Below, piece after piece: positions 17,701 to 25,317 of a stretch of 34,228 nt of DNA. This stretch comes from Patescibacteria group bacterium (GTDB lineage Bacteria; Patescibacteriota; JAHJAL01): positions 1 to 34,228 of the forward strand of contig DAIREY010000001.1 in the NCBI GenBank assembly GCA_036795335.1, written 5' to 3'. The translations under genes and the position numbers were made by a program. Under the pieces are notes generated by a model that was given only the letters and a program-made list of their open reading frames with translations, did no database searches and was not told where the DNA came from. The first letter of the stretch is position 1; every line of letters begins with the position of its first letter.

Positions 17701-19416
17701 CAAATCAAGACTATAAATCTGGGGTAATGTTAAACTCGGATTATTTTTCACGTAATCCGCATACACTCTTAATTCTTCGTGCGGCCCACTACCCAAGGAC
17801 AATACTTTGCTGATGTTTTGCAGATAATTTCCATCCGGATGGCGATGCAAATATTCTAATCCCGATCGATGTTCATAGATGAAAGAACTTTTTTCCACCG
17901 CCCATTTGACATATCTATCCGCAAATTCACTTGGCCACGGTATTTCCGGATTTTTTCGTAAACGAGCCATGTCTTGCGCCAACTTGTAGCCGCCATTTAT
18001 CTGTTTCTTGGCATCCGGAAATTCATTGGCTTTTTTGTAAGCTTTGACCAAGCTCCCCGGATCAGCTCGATCGATGATAAAATTTTCATTGATCGGTTCG
18101 AGAGTTGATCCCGTATTCACTTTGGATTCAATAACGCTTTGGTCAATATATTTAGCTAATTTGTCTGAGCTTCCGGCTATTTCCGCATTTTTCTTATCCA
18201 TACCAATGTTTTTCTTCTGAAAAAAACGTAAGTCAAATTCAAAATCATTCAATTTGCCACTTTTCAGAATGGAATGACCATCTTCTTTGAAAAATTTGTA
18301 CAACAAATTCTTGATCCGTTTGTTGAAATAATAATTTTTGGCTTCTTTCCTGATTTTTTGATATTTCTTCTTATTTGAAGACATTGACTCTTCTGTTTTG
18401 GGCAAATTATCGGTATCTCGTTCATCGTTCCAATCCTGTTCGTCTATTTTATTTTTTAAATCACAAATATATTTGCCAATCAACATACTGGCTTCTTTTT
18501 TTATCCCCTGAATATTCTTGTGTTGCTCAGTCAATAACTCCCGGCTGTCGTTATTTATTTCAAACTCCAAACAATCTTGAAAATTATTCAGATATTTATC
18601 ATGTTTTTCTCGACAATCAATCACGTTTTTTCTGATTGATTCGTCCTCAATTAGATCTGGATTTCGGTAGAGAAAATCTATGACTAATTCATGAATATTT
18701 TCATTTAATTCATTCGACAATGATCGGACTTTATTGAACATCAGTGTTGTTTCAAATGGATTCAAAGCGATATTCCGAACTTGATTATTTTTTTTGTTTT
18801 TAACTTGAACGGTAGCACTCGGAATCTGAAAATCAATCTCTGTCTTTTCCGAATTCTCCATATCGGTCATTGCATCGGCAAAAAAAGAATATGAATGTGG
18901 TTTGTGAGTTTCATCCAATTTGGTTGTCTGAATGATAGCGGCGTTGTCGGGTTTGCTCTTCGTTTTATTGATGCAGTCGGTAATATTTTCCACAACTTTT
19001 TTTGGCTGTGAAGCAGACAGATTAGTTTGAAAAGCATTAATAATAGTCCAGGCACTATCACAATTTGGTTTGGAAATCTTTTCTACTCCGGGTTTGTTGC
19101 CACTATTGAATTTTCTCTGTTTCAAAAGCTGCTCAATCCATTTTGCACTTTCTTCTTTTTCCTGATTTTGAAACATGGATTTAATCTCCGCAAAATTGCG
19201 ACTCGGAAATGATTGACGCAACACGTCAATTTCCGCTAGCGACAACTGAATGCCAAAAAGTTGAAAAATGTCTTGCCTTTGTGCTTCGGAAAAAAATTTA
19301 GTTTCCGGATACCACTTATTTAGCATTCTTTTTTCGGTCGCATCATAAAAAGTACTCTGCTTTTTCATTGCCTCGCGTATTTGCAGTCTTGAGCGATTGC
19401 CTTTTTCTATATTCAT
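14764..19416 (-). CDS. Giant protein 2 (1550 aa), paralog of giant protein 1
   Basis: Shared blocks with 3064..10518: KWYPE, YFN..(I/L)(R/K)..LY.FF, (E/D)F(E/R)(I/F)D(F/L)RF, SGPHEELR, IYSLD, NFDL.EKDFD.IECSSW.DIA, FID.L...LD..IL.YN, and a C-terminal F..NG..F and ..G.W.... end. Confidence 0.9.
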   Translation of the reverse strand: MNIEKGNRSRLQIREAMKKQSTFYDATEKRMLNKWYPETKFFSEAQRQDIFQLFGIQLSLAEIDVLRQSFPSRNFAEIKSMFQNQEKEESAKWIEQLLKQRKFNSGNKPGVEKISKPNCDSAWTIINAFQTNLSASQPKKVVENITDCINKTKSKPDNAAIIQTTKLDETHKPHSYSFFADAMTDMENSEKTEIDFQIPSATVQVKNKKNNQVRNIALNPFETTLMFNKVRSLSNELNENIHELVIDFLYRNPDLIEDESIRKNVIDCREKHDKYLNNFQDCLEFEINNDSRELLTEQHKNIQGIKKEASMLIGKYICDLKNKIDEQDWNDERDTDNLPKTEESMSSNKKKYQKIRKEAKNYYFNKRIKNLLYKFFKEDGHSILKSGKLNDFEFDLRFFQKKNIGMDKKNAEIAGSSDKLAKYIDQSVIESKVNTGSTLEPINENFIIDRADPGSLVKAYKKANEFPDAKKQINGGYKLAQDMARLRKNPEIPWPSEFADRYVKWAVEKSSFIYEHRSGLEYLHRHPDGNYLQNISKVLSLGSGPHEELRVYADYVKNNPSLTLPQIYSLDLSESMLSSSREQMRENGLDIFDKGIDLPNTNAQNFDLSEKDFDMIECSSWDDIAQFSKDTHGNKNEEEVVKKMWYKSLQHLKNGGIIRFYSYKRYNQQFIDVLTNDLDMKILEYNIDEKYSNHKDQQKRIDKPRVWFKGIKTRDVSLAEYEQKMSHVKIYDDNNLHDIFYKEITKLFAKEDLENLKYLELSIVIYRTECQKRGLEKEANELSNLLNAINDFRQDWKQQKKRKDKKAEQVKIQIYLEAIKNIELHVQSDSLSLDQIKVMLTELVGYLDLKSCQKLYQKCLENSKLAVLLPEIMSLIENSVDRIQLVYDARIWPLVKGNNELRKKVWQMMLKFPELFLADVLFSSNIDEEIKKAYIQNIDWLNNNTVELVNKFLAEKTDEKNMTKYARIIMNNAPKNININIPNKLLKGDLLDIFSKRIYNQQVLKMTNSEDLPDDLKNYFIKMINIFENEKPSSDSVDNFVTSFGLLVENLENSNKLKAYKFVEKYFFQDSGYLDEIQNKIHKIEMEIMIKKYNDFKINHLEKSNNVIDREVVTDEFNKLMSDDSELIDFLAGRYLSYQENNLDDPTTAKIDEFDNVILELILEKYPSDYRKIMFLARKITRSTSDKNWKVKAQFDIVEINNLMINNMDLLLHKETTNILIGQEILSIKNLAQVVDWVGENFEKISMISNCDNKTATKILQNTLRDFDQQKFLHFISAFPKAVHNSTILRKAMNYNNQAIDVAILLDIHSTDDILYLADQGEKGLTLALFLVIHKQENSLRSNIFAQLFKKHYNKHTRSFFMRVAANNPSLQIYPESFSCLTDFCPKDLFYIALKNKLVLNLKDWDIEKIGKNNYYLKRPEGGKRVVKIFNGEDSFCKIKSEDKKYYELQVILKNSSDIGVNLLDKRKLINTTVDICNNDCYLTLDEHGTVCGLEARDNNKRLGFIHRDDFPEKFLDDIRSKGYIASLNAIKLRYEKLDNDGNWIFKVTK
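17359..17815 (-). other. Class-I SAM-dependent methyltransferase-like domain inside giant protein 2
   Basis: VLSLGSGPHEE, IYSLDLSESMLSSSREQMRENGL, FDMIECSSW, LKNGGIIRF. Confidence 0.6.
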
Positions 19417-19452
19417 GTTTGACGCACTAAAAATGTGTAAAAATATAATCGC

Positions 19453-19481
19453 ATCATAATATCAAAAATACTATCTGTCAA
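19453..19481 (-). promoter_or_regulatory. Sigma70-like promoter of giant ORF 2
   Basis: Minus strand TTGACA (19481..19476), 17 nt, TATGAT (19458..19453). Confidence 0.55.
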
Positions 19482-19596
19482 TCATCAAGTCATGATAGTA
19501 CATAATAGTAAAGGTCTTTAGATTGAATAATACATTCAAATGAGTTAATTTATAAACAGGTAGTTGTTTTTTAAAAGAAAGGGCGTGACAAAGCAA

Positions 19597-20061
19597 ATGG
19601 TCAAAGAAATGAAGGAAAAAGCAAACGATAACTCGCTTCTTTATCAAGAATTGAAAAAATACATTCAAGAACTCGAACCGGAAATTTTTTATCCGGTTCC
19701 ATACAAAAAAAATGTGAACATAATGCCGCCGGCAATAAAAGAGACTTCGCAATGGTTTGTTGAATTGCCGTGCTACAACGCCAACATTATGAAGTCCAAC
19801 ATCCAAAAATTAGCTGATGAACAATTGATTCAGCTTAAACAAGAAAACGAAGTTGTCTATTTTCGCAAAACGAAAAATTGGGACAAAAAAGATAACCATC
19901 CGCTGAATCCCGGTTCGGAAGTGTTGGCAGAGATAAAAAAAGAAATAAAAGATTTGCGTGGTGAAATAAATAATATAAAACAGCGACTGGCCCAAAAAGA
20001 TGCGCAGATCATCAAGTTAACAAAAATTATCCGGGCAGAAAATATCAGAAAAGAAACATAG
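19597..20061 (+). CDS. Hypothetical protein with a C-terminal coiled coil (154 aa from ATG 19597)
   Basis: AAAGAAAGGG lies upstream. The ORF track starts at TTG 19564. C-terminal EIKKEIKDLRGEINNIKQRLAQKDAQIIKL. Confidence 0.7.
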   Translation: MVKEMKEKANDNSLLYQELKKYIQELEPEIFYPVPYKKNVNIMPPAIKETSQWFVELPCYNANIMKSNIQKLADEQLIQLKQENEVVYFRKTKNWDKKDNHPLNPGSEVLAEIKKEIKDLRGEINNIKQRLAQKDAQIIKLTKIIRAENIRKET

Positions 20062-20066
20062 ATTAT

Positions 20067-20108
20067 AAAAAAGCAGTGTGACGTCATGCCACGAACTGCT
20101 TTTTTTAT
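20067..20108 (+). terminator. Intrinsic terminator
   Basis: aaaaagcagt...actgcttttt followed by a T-run. Confidence 0.75.
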
Positions 20109-20134
20109 TTGTATTTAAATATTATAAATAAATA

Positions 20135-20163
20135 TTGACTAATAGCCAGTTTCGTATTACACT
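20135..20163 (+). promoter_or_regulatory. Sigma70-like promoter of the 20210-20864 two-gene unit
   Basis: TTGACT (20135..20140), 17 nt, TACACT (20158..20163). Confidence 0.55.
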
Positions 20164-20209
20164 TTCGTCGAATTTGCCAAATTTAAAAACAAGGAAAGGG
20201 GGAAATTTT

Positions 20210-20599
20210 ATGTTAGCTGAAAAGCTAAAAAAAGTTCTCAGCAAATTTGATCTGCTTGATCTGCAAATTGCTGAGATCAAGCAGAGACTTGATAAGCAAG
20301 AGCAAGTTTCTGAAGTCAAAGAGATGCTTGATGAGCATCTTAAGCAAGTGAAAAAACTGCACGACAAATTTCTTGATGTTACTGTCAAAAACGTCGTGGC
20401 AGAAATAATCAGCAAAAATTTATTGACTGGGCACATCGATCCATACGTAACTCAGTCAATACGTGAAGCCATGCTTCCTTATCAGGAGGAACAGGCCAAA
20501 CTCTCCAACCATTACCAAAAGTTATTTGAAAAATTTGTTGGTAATGAGGTGGAGGAAGAACTAGCAAGCGTTATAAACAAAAAAGAAGGAGGAAAGTAA
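20210..20599 (+). CDS. Small coiled-coil protein (129 aa)
   Basis: SD AAGGAAAGGGGG 7 nt before ATG 20210. The ORF-track TTG at 20135 lies on the promoter. Confidence 0.75.
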   Translation: MLAEKLKKVLSKFDLLDLQIAEIKQRLDKQEQVSEVKEMLDEHLKQVKKLHDKFLDVTVKNVVAEIISKNLLTGHIDPYVTQSIREAMLPYQEEQAKLSNHYQKLFEKFVGNEVEEELASVINKKEGGK

Positions 20600-20600
20600 C

Positions 20601-20864
20601 ATGAACATCACAGAGTTCACTCGTAATATTATTATAAGTTTACTGAAGCAGATGGAGGTGATTATTTATCGTCACTGGGAAAACCAGCAGACTTACTTGG
20701 AGATGATTATAGAGGGCATTGAACAAATCAATGCCAACCAGAAACAGATCATTTCTGATCTGCAACAGGAGAATGCCACCATCAAAAAGGAATTGGCGGC
20801 TTACCAAAAATTGCTAGCCAAAGACTATCAGGAGGTGGTTGCTCTTCTGGAAAATGTCAATTAA
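20601..20864 (+). CDS. Small helical protein (87 aa), translationally coupled to the 20210 gene
   Basis: The ATG is 2 nt after the upstream stop. SD AGGAGGA lies inside the upstream gene end. Confidence 0.75.
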   Translation: MNITEFTRNIIISLLKQMEVIIYRHWENQQTYLEMIIEGIEQINANQKQIISDLQQENATIKKELAAYQKLLAKDYQEVVALLENVN

Positions 20865-20876
20865 ACGAAAACATTG

Positions 20877-20905
20877 TTGACAACAATAAATTCAAGTGCT
20901 ATGTT
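20877..20905 (+). promoter_or_regulatory. Sigma70-like promoter overlapped by inverted repeats
   Basis: TTGACA (20877..20882), 17 nt, TATGTT (20900..20905). Palindrome attgttg-a-caacaat covers the -35. tgacaaca/tgttgtca spans the -35 to just past the -10. Confidence 0.55.
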
Positions 20906-20958
20906 GTCAGCAATGATATTCTGAATTATTTTAAAAAAATGAAAGGAGGTGTTGCTAA

Positions 20959-21375
20959 ATGGCAACACCCATGGATCTAGAGATATTAAAAAAAATAGCC
21001 CAAGTAGTAGTGGGCACCCGACAGGAAATGAATTTGAATTCTGAGTCGTTGCAACAGAAAATCAATAGTACTGCCAAAACGACTCAGGATGAAATCAAAA
21101 AATTATCGGGAATTCTGGCTGAAGGTTTCTCCAAAATCATTGGCACCGCCAACGAGATGGAGGAAATCAAAAAACAAGTTGCCCAGCTGAAAGGGCAATT
21201 ACAGGAAAAAGATGATCTTCTCCAGGAGAAAGAAGCCAAAATACTTTCTCTGGAAGAAGAACTTTTAATCAAGAAACAGGAAGAGGAGAATGTCGAACAA
21301 GAAAGCAAAGATATTCTCGACCTCCTGAACAGCAGTATTCCGAATCCGGCGCACATGCCGGCAAAACCGGAATAA
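20959..21375 (+). CDS. Small coiled-coil protein (138 aa)
   Basis: SD GAAAGGAGGTG 7 nt before the ATG. KQVAQLKGQLQEKDDLLQEKEAKILSLEEELLIKKQEEE. Confidence 0.8.
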   Translation: MATPMDLEILKKIAQVVVGTRQEMNLNSESLQQKINSTAKTTQDEIKKLSGILAEGFSKIIGTANEMEEIKKQVAQLKGQLQEKDDLLQEKEAKILSLEEELLIKKQEEENVEQESKDILDLLNSSIPNPAHMPAKPE

Positions 21376-21391
21376 AATAAAAAAAACGAAC

Positions 21392-21430
21392 ATTGCGTAA
21401 TCCGATCAATCGGAATGCGCAATTTTTTTG
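21392..21430 (+). terminator. Intrinsic terminator
   Basis: attgcg.a.tccgat-caa-tcgga.t.cgcaat followed by ttttttt. Confidence 0.75.
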
Positions 21431-21454
21431 TCCCAAAAAGTAACTGCTCACTTT

Positions 21455-21750
21455 TTCATGTGCGTCATCTCTGCCTTTACCGGGCCCCCAAGATTTTTTG
21501 TAAAAAATTTTGGGGTGGGTCGTCGTGAAGGGATCTTATTCTCTGGTTATCTGTTGTCAAGTTGCTGACAGAGATAAGTAACTTTGCGATTTTATCCAAT
21601 GGTAAAAGTAGATGACAATGGATGAGATACCCGCACAGGGCGGGTATGACACATGAATATGTATTTTTTGATTTTGACTGGATATTGGATATTGAAAATT
21701 GATATTTTGCGATTCATTGCATATTGAATCTTGCATATTTACTCATGGCG
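21455..21750. repeat. Mosaic intergenic repeat block B
   Basis: Degenerate H1-like unit with ccccaag...ttgggg at 21462..21545 (+). Hairpin ttatct..tgtca/tgaca..agataa at 21549..21580. H3 at 21622..21651. Heptad modules at 21665..21745, including an exact 25-mer (21679..21703) that is the reverse complement of 169..193, and a 23-mer (21717..21739) identical to 27584..27606. Confidence 0.85.
21622..21651 (-). repeat. Hairpin unit H3 (short-loop version: ATGAGATACCCGC-acag-GGCGGGTATGACA)
   Basis: Same conserved arms as H1 and H2 but in inverted orientation, with only a 4-6 nt loop. Confidence 0.8.
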
Positions 21751-21787
21751 GATCGACTAGAGAAATAACATAGGTGAGTGAAAATGA

Positions 21788-21816
21788 TTGACAAACAAAA
21801 AATTATATTATATAAA
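21788..21816 (+). promoter_or_regulatory. Sigma70-like promoter of the 697-aa gene
   Basis: TTGACA (21788..21793), 17 nt, TATAAA (21811..21816). Confidence 0.6.
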
Positions 21817-21854
21817 GCAGGTACAAATACTTAATTACCATAAAATCTGCGAAC

Positions 21855-23948
21855 ATGAAACCAAACAGCATTATCGAAAATAAAATGGAAAATAAAATGG
21901 AAATTGACACCACTTTGACCATTCCCGTCAATCAACCATTGTCACCGGCTGGTTGCGCTCCCGCCCCACAAATCTCGCGAACTCCAATGGATATATCCAT
22001 TGATGATTATTGCCAACAGCAAATCCCAGCAATAATCAAAAAAATAAGCCAATATCTGCCCCCGGCCGATTATAATCCCGAAACTGGATTCTTTGACTAC
22101 CAGCTAATAGAAAAAAAATATCAAAAAAGAAAAAATATTTTGGTTGACAGAATTGAGCAATTAAAACTGGATCATATCGCCCAAGAATGCAATTACAATA
22201 TCGTTAGCAATGAAATTATACCCATGATGACCATGGAAGCGGATGATCGCATAAATCAGATTACGAGCAATTTGGCAAAATTAAAATCGGATCGAAATCA
22301 ATATCAGCAGGAAATTTTACTTGAAAAAATTAACAAAACAGAAAGTGAAAAATTGGAAGAAAAAATATCTACCAAAAAAGATATTATCAAAATTCTGGAA
22401 GATAAGAACAATGCGATAAAAAGAGAGATTCGAAAACATGATTTACCAACAGATACTCAAGTAAAAAATATTATCCGTTTGGGCAGATTGAATGTTTTGT
22501 TTAATATTTTTACCAAAACATTACATCAAGAAAAAATCCAAACACCGGAAGAATTAGAAAATCAAAAACAAATTTTTAAAAAAACAATTGAAATAAACGA
22601 AGTCCAAATTAATGAGTTAAATAAAGAATTGGAGCAATTAATAAAAGAAAAAAAACGAGTTAAAATTTCCAAATCGGAAAAAAATAAAATCAAAAAAAAT
22701 AAAAAAAACAAACAAAAAACATCCGCCGAACTTTTGGAAGCGATTGACAGAGATATTCAACAATTGGAATTTGGTCTTGATTTCTGGCAAACTAAATTAA
22801 AATACATTGCCCAAATTGACCGCAAATATCAAGATCGAGTAAATAAAATAGAGTCACAACTAGTAACGGATTCTGACGAATTGGATACGATCACTTCGCT
22901 TGATGATGATTTATTGATATTCAAAAATGCGCTACATAATTTGTGGTCGGAGCACATTAAGCCGATTCTCGCCGCCATTGAGCACGATGATGGTGATTTT
23001 ATGAGTAATTTCTCATTCAAAAATGACGATCAAATTTTGCAAAATCCGGATTTTCAAAAATATCAAGCCAATTTACCTTCAAGTATTAATCAAAAGATTA
23101 AGGACAACAAACAACGGCGCAAAGATTACAAAAAAATTCAATTTGTACCAAACAAACACATTGAATTAATTTTGGCAACAAATGATCTAATTAACAAAAT
23201 ATCGTATGCTAATTTACTGATTATTTCTTATTCGCAAAAGCAATCCATAAATTCCGTTAATTTGACAGCGATTACTGAACTAAACAACAAACTGGAGATG
23301 TTGTATATTAGTAATATTAATTATTACAACCGATACATCGCTGATAAAAAAATTAAAGCTAATTATCAGGAATCATCTTTTCGTGGTATATTTTCCGAAA
23401 TGTATCAAATTTTCCGATGGCAAAAAGAAAATAGTAAATTCAGCCACCCTTCTGGCTTAGCGTTTATAAAAAGCCCGAAATTGCTGGATAAACATATGAA
23501 GGCGGATACGTTTGTTTGCGTGTTTGATAACAAAGACGATCAAATTATTGATATTAGCAAAACTCCGATTAAGAAAATATTTCCACTGCAATTAACTACC
23601 ATGGTCAAAATTGGAAACAATAATAAATTTACCAATAAATATCTAGATAAAAGAGACAAAGCATGGAATTGCGGTGTGCCGATGATAGAAATTGACGATT
23701 ATGAAAACATTAAAAAATTGGTATTAAATAATACCAATAAAACAAGCAAAATATTTATCAAAGAATTGATTGCAGCACTTCAAGAACAAAATCGGGAGAT
23801 CGATGATTATCAAAATGGAGTGCACTTCAGTAATGGCAAAGTAAATGGCAATCACATTGAGCCGAATGACGAGCGATTAAAGAATATCCGAGATCAAATT
23901 TGTGCATTGACCGAAGTATTGAATGACGTGTACGCAAATTGTCACTGA
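21855..23948 (+). CDS. Hypothetical coiled-coil-rich protein (697 aa)
   Basis: Long ORF with a K/E/Q/N-rich helical middle (KELEQLIKEKKRVKISKSEKNKIKKNKKNKQK). No recognisable enzyme motif. Three in-frame ATGs in the first 45 nt. Confidence 0.8.
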   Translation: MKPNSIIENKMENKMEIDTTLTIPVNQPLSPAGCAPAPQISRTPMDISIDDYCQQQIPAIIKKISQYLPPADYNPETGFFDYQLIEKKYQKRKNILVDRIEQLKLDHIAQECNYNIVSNEIIPMMTMEADDRINQITSNLAKLKSDRNQYQQEILLEKINKTESEKLEEKISTKKDIIKILEDKNNAIKREIRKHDLPTDTQVKNIIRLGRLNVLFNIFTKTLHQEKIQTPEELENQKQIFKKTIEINEVQINELNKELEQLIKEKKRVKISKSEKNKIKKNKKNKQKTSAELLEAIDRDIQQLEFGLDFWQTKLKYIAQIDRKYQDRVNKIESQLVTDSDELDTITSLDDDLLIFKNALHNLWSEHIKPILAAIEHDDGDFMSNFSFKNDDQILQNPDFQKYQANLPSSINQKIKDNKQRRKDYKKIQFVPNKHIELILATNDLINKISYANLLIISYSQKQSINSVNLTAITELNNKLEMLYISNINYYNRYIADKKIKANYQESSFRGIFSEMYQIFRWQKENSKFSHPSGLAFIKSPKLLDKHMKADTFVCVFDNKDDQIIDISKTPIKKIFPLQLTTMVKIGNNNKFTNKYLDKRDKAWNCGVPMIEIDDYENIKKLVLNNTNKTSKIFIKELIAALQEQNREIDDYQNGVHFSNGKVNGNHIEPNDERLKNIRDQICALTEVLNDVYANCH

Positions 23949-23954
23949 TTATTT

Positions 23955-23983
23955 TTGCCTTTTTGAGCGAAAAGCCATATAAT
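23955..23983 (+). promoter_or_regulatory. Sigma70-like promoter of the 110-aa gene
   Basis: TTGCCT (23955..23960), 17 nt, TATAAT (23978..23983). Confidence 0.55.
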
Positions 23984-24024
23984 AAACAATAGTTTAATTT
24001 AAAATTTATCTTAAAAATTCTTGT

Positions 24025-24357
24025 ATGAGCAAAAAAAATCGTCCCAAACACAAAAAAGTATCCAAGTCGGATATTTTGCAAGCAACCCAAAAACACGCTT
24101 CCGACAACCCAACTGTTTCTTCGGCAGGTTCTGCCCCCTCTGTCGTCGCGCAACCAAATGCTTCTGTGGCCGAGGCAAGTCTGTCAACACATAAATATGG
24201 CGGGATTTTTGATCATGTCAAAACCGACATGTCGTTTTTCCTAATTATGATTATTCTTTTTGCCGTTATCCTGGCCGTAATCTATTATTTTGATCGGCAA
24301 AATGGTATCATCTTACAAGCCGGCAATTGGTTGTATGGAGTTTTGGGATTGCAATAA
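24025..24357 (+). CDS. Small membrane protein with a basic N-terminus and one C-proximal TM helix (110 aa)
   Basis: MSKKNRPKHKKVSK... then FFLIMIILFAVILAVIYYF. Confidence 0.65.
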   Translation: MSKKNRPKHKKVSKSDILQATQKHASDNPTVSSAGSAPSVVAQPNASVAEASLSTHKYGGIFDHVKTDMSFFLIMIILFAVILAVIYYFDRQNGIILQAGNWLYGVLGLQ

Positions 24358-24379
24358 TTTGCTGCAAATTATCATACAG

Positions 24380-24416
24380 AAAAAAGGCGATTTTTTGATA
24401 ATCGTCTTTTTTATTT
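24380..24416. terminator. Bidirectional intrinsic terminator between convergent genes
   Basis: aaggcgatt-ttttgat-aatcgtctt with an A-run to the left and a T-run to the right. Confidence 0.7.
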
Positions 24417-24468
24417 TTAGCCCAAACATATCTTCAACTAATCGGATCAATTTACTAATTTATCTTGA

Positions 24469-25317
24469 TCAATAACTGAGCAAATATTGATAAATGAGAT
24501 AGCGATCGGTATTTTCATAGTAGCCCGGCTTGTCCACTCTTTGCCAGTTGCCACCCAAAATGTGATTGGGATTTTTGACATAGAGCAAAGGAGAAGCGTT
24601 GGTCGGACAGCTGTCGCATGTTTGTCCACCGATTTGGTAGGTGGCTTCATCAAAGGCAATGCCGGAATTGACTAAATTTTCGATCACTTTTTTACCATTA
24701 AAATTGGCCCATTCATTTTCGGGAACATTATATTTGTAATAAACACCGGCGGCATCATAAACCGGATTGAGAATTTCTTGTTCGGAAATATGCGGAGTGT
24801 ACTTGGGAGTGGTAATATAAATCCATACATTCATAATCAATACAGCGAAAAATATCACCACAATTAGTACACGGTTTTGTTCAATCCAACCTTCGGCTTT
24901 ATCAATGTTTGGTCGAGTGCTTTTATTTTCTTTCTTGATTGTTTGAAGATTGGTTGCAACATTTGGTGTTGGTTGTGCGATCGTTTTCTGAACGACTTTT
25001 TGTTGGACGGTCTTGTTTGGCTTTGATGGAGCAGAAACAGGATTTTTTGGGGTAACTGTTTTTGATTTACTAATGACCGGCATTTTTTTTGCTGTTTTTT
25101 TGACCGGTAGTTTCTTTTTGACGGTCTTTGCCGGACTTAAGTTTGCTTTTTTTGTCTGATATTTTTTGGCAATCGTTACCTTTTTGACCAATTTCTTGGC
25201 GGCCGGTTTGACAATCTTTTTTTTACTTTTTTTGTCTGGTGATTGTTTTTTGGATTTTGTTTGACCGGCGACTTTTTTGGGTTTTGTTGCCTTGGTTTTA
25301 ACTGACTTTGCTGCCAC
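24469..25317 (-). CDS. Lysine-rich (histone-H1-like low-complexity) N-terminal domain, single TM helix and C-terminal Cys-containing domain (282 aa)
   Basis: GTG start 5 nt after AAGGAGG, which lies inside the trpS 3-prime end; 20-nt overlap with trpS. About 130 aa of KK/AKK/PVKK repeats, then VLIVVIFFAVLIMNVWIYITT. Confidence 0.75.
   Translation of the reverse strand: MAAKSVKTKATKPKKVAGQTKSKKQSPDKKSKKKIVKPAAKKLVKKVTIAKKYQTKKANLSPAKTVKKKLPVKKTAKKMPVISKSKTVTPKNPVSAPSKPNKTVQQKVVQKTIAQPTPNVATNLQTIKKENKSTRPNIDKAEGWIEQNRVLIVVIFFAVLIMNVWIYITTPKYTPHISEQEILNPVYDAAGVYYKYNVPENEWANFNGKKVIENLVNSGIAFDEATYQIGGQTCDSCPTNASPLLYVKNPNHILGGNWQRVDKPGYYENTDRYLIYQYLLSY

Noticed and set aside
22680-22720. A8 homopolymer runs (22692..22699, 22701..22708) as phase-variation or frameshift sites; similar T8 runs near 25083..25101
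   Set aside because: They encode the expected lysine-rich tracts (KNKIKKNKKNKQK) in an AT-rich genome. There is no alternative-frame ORF continuing from them.
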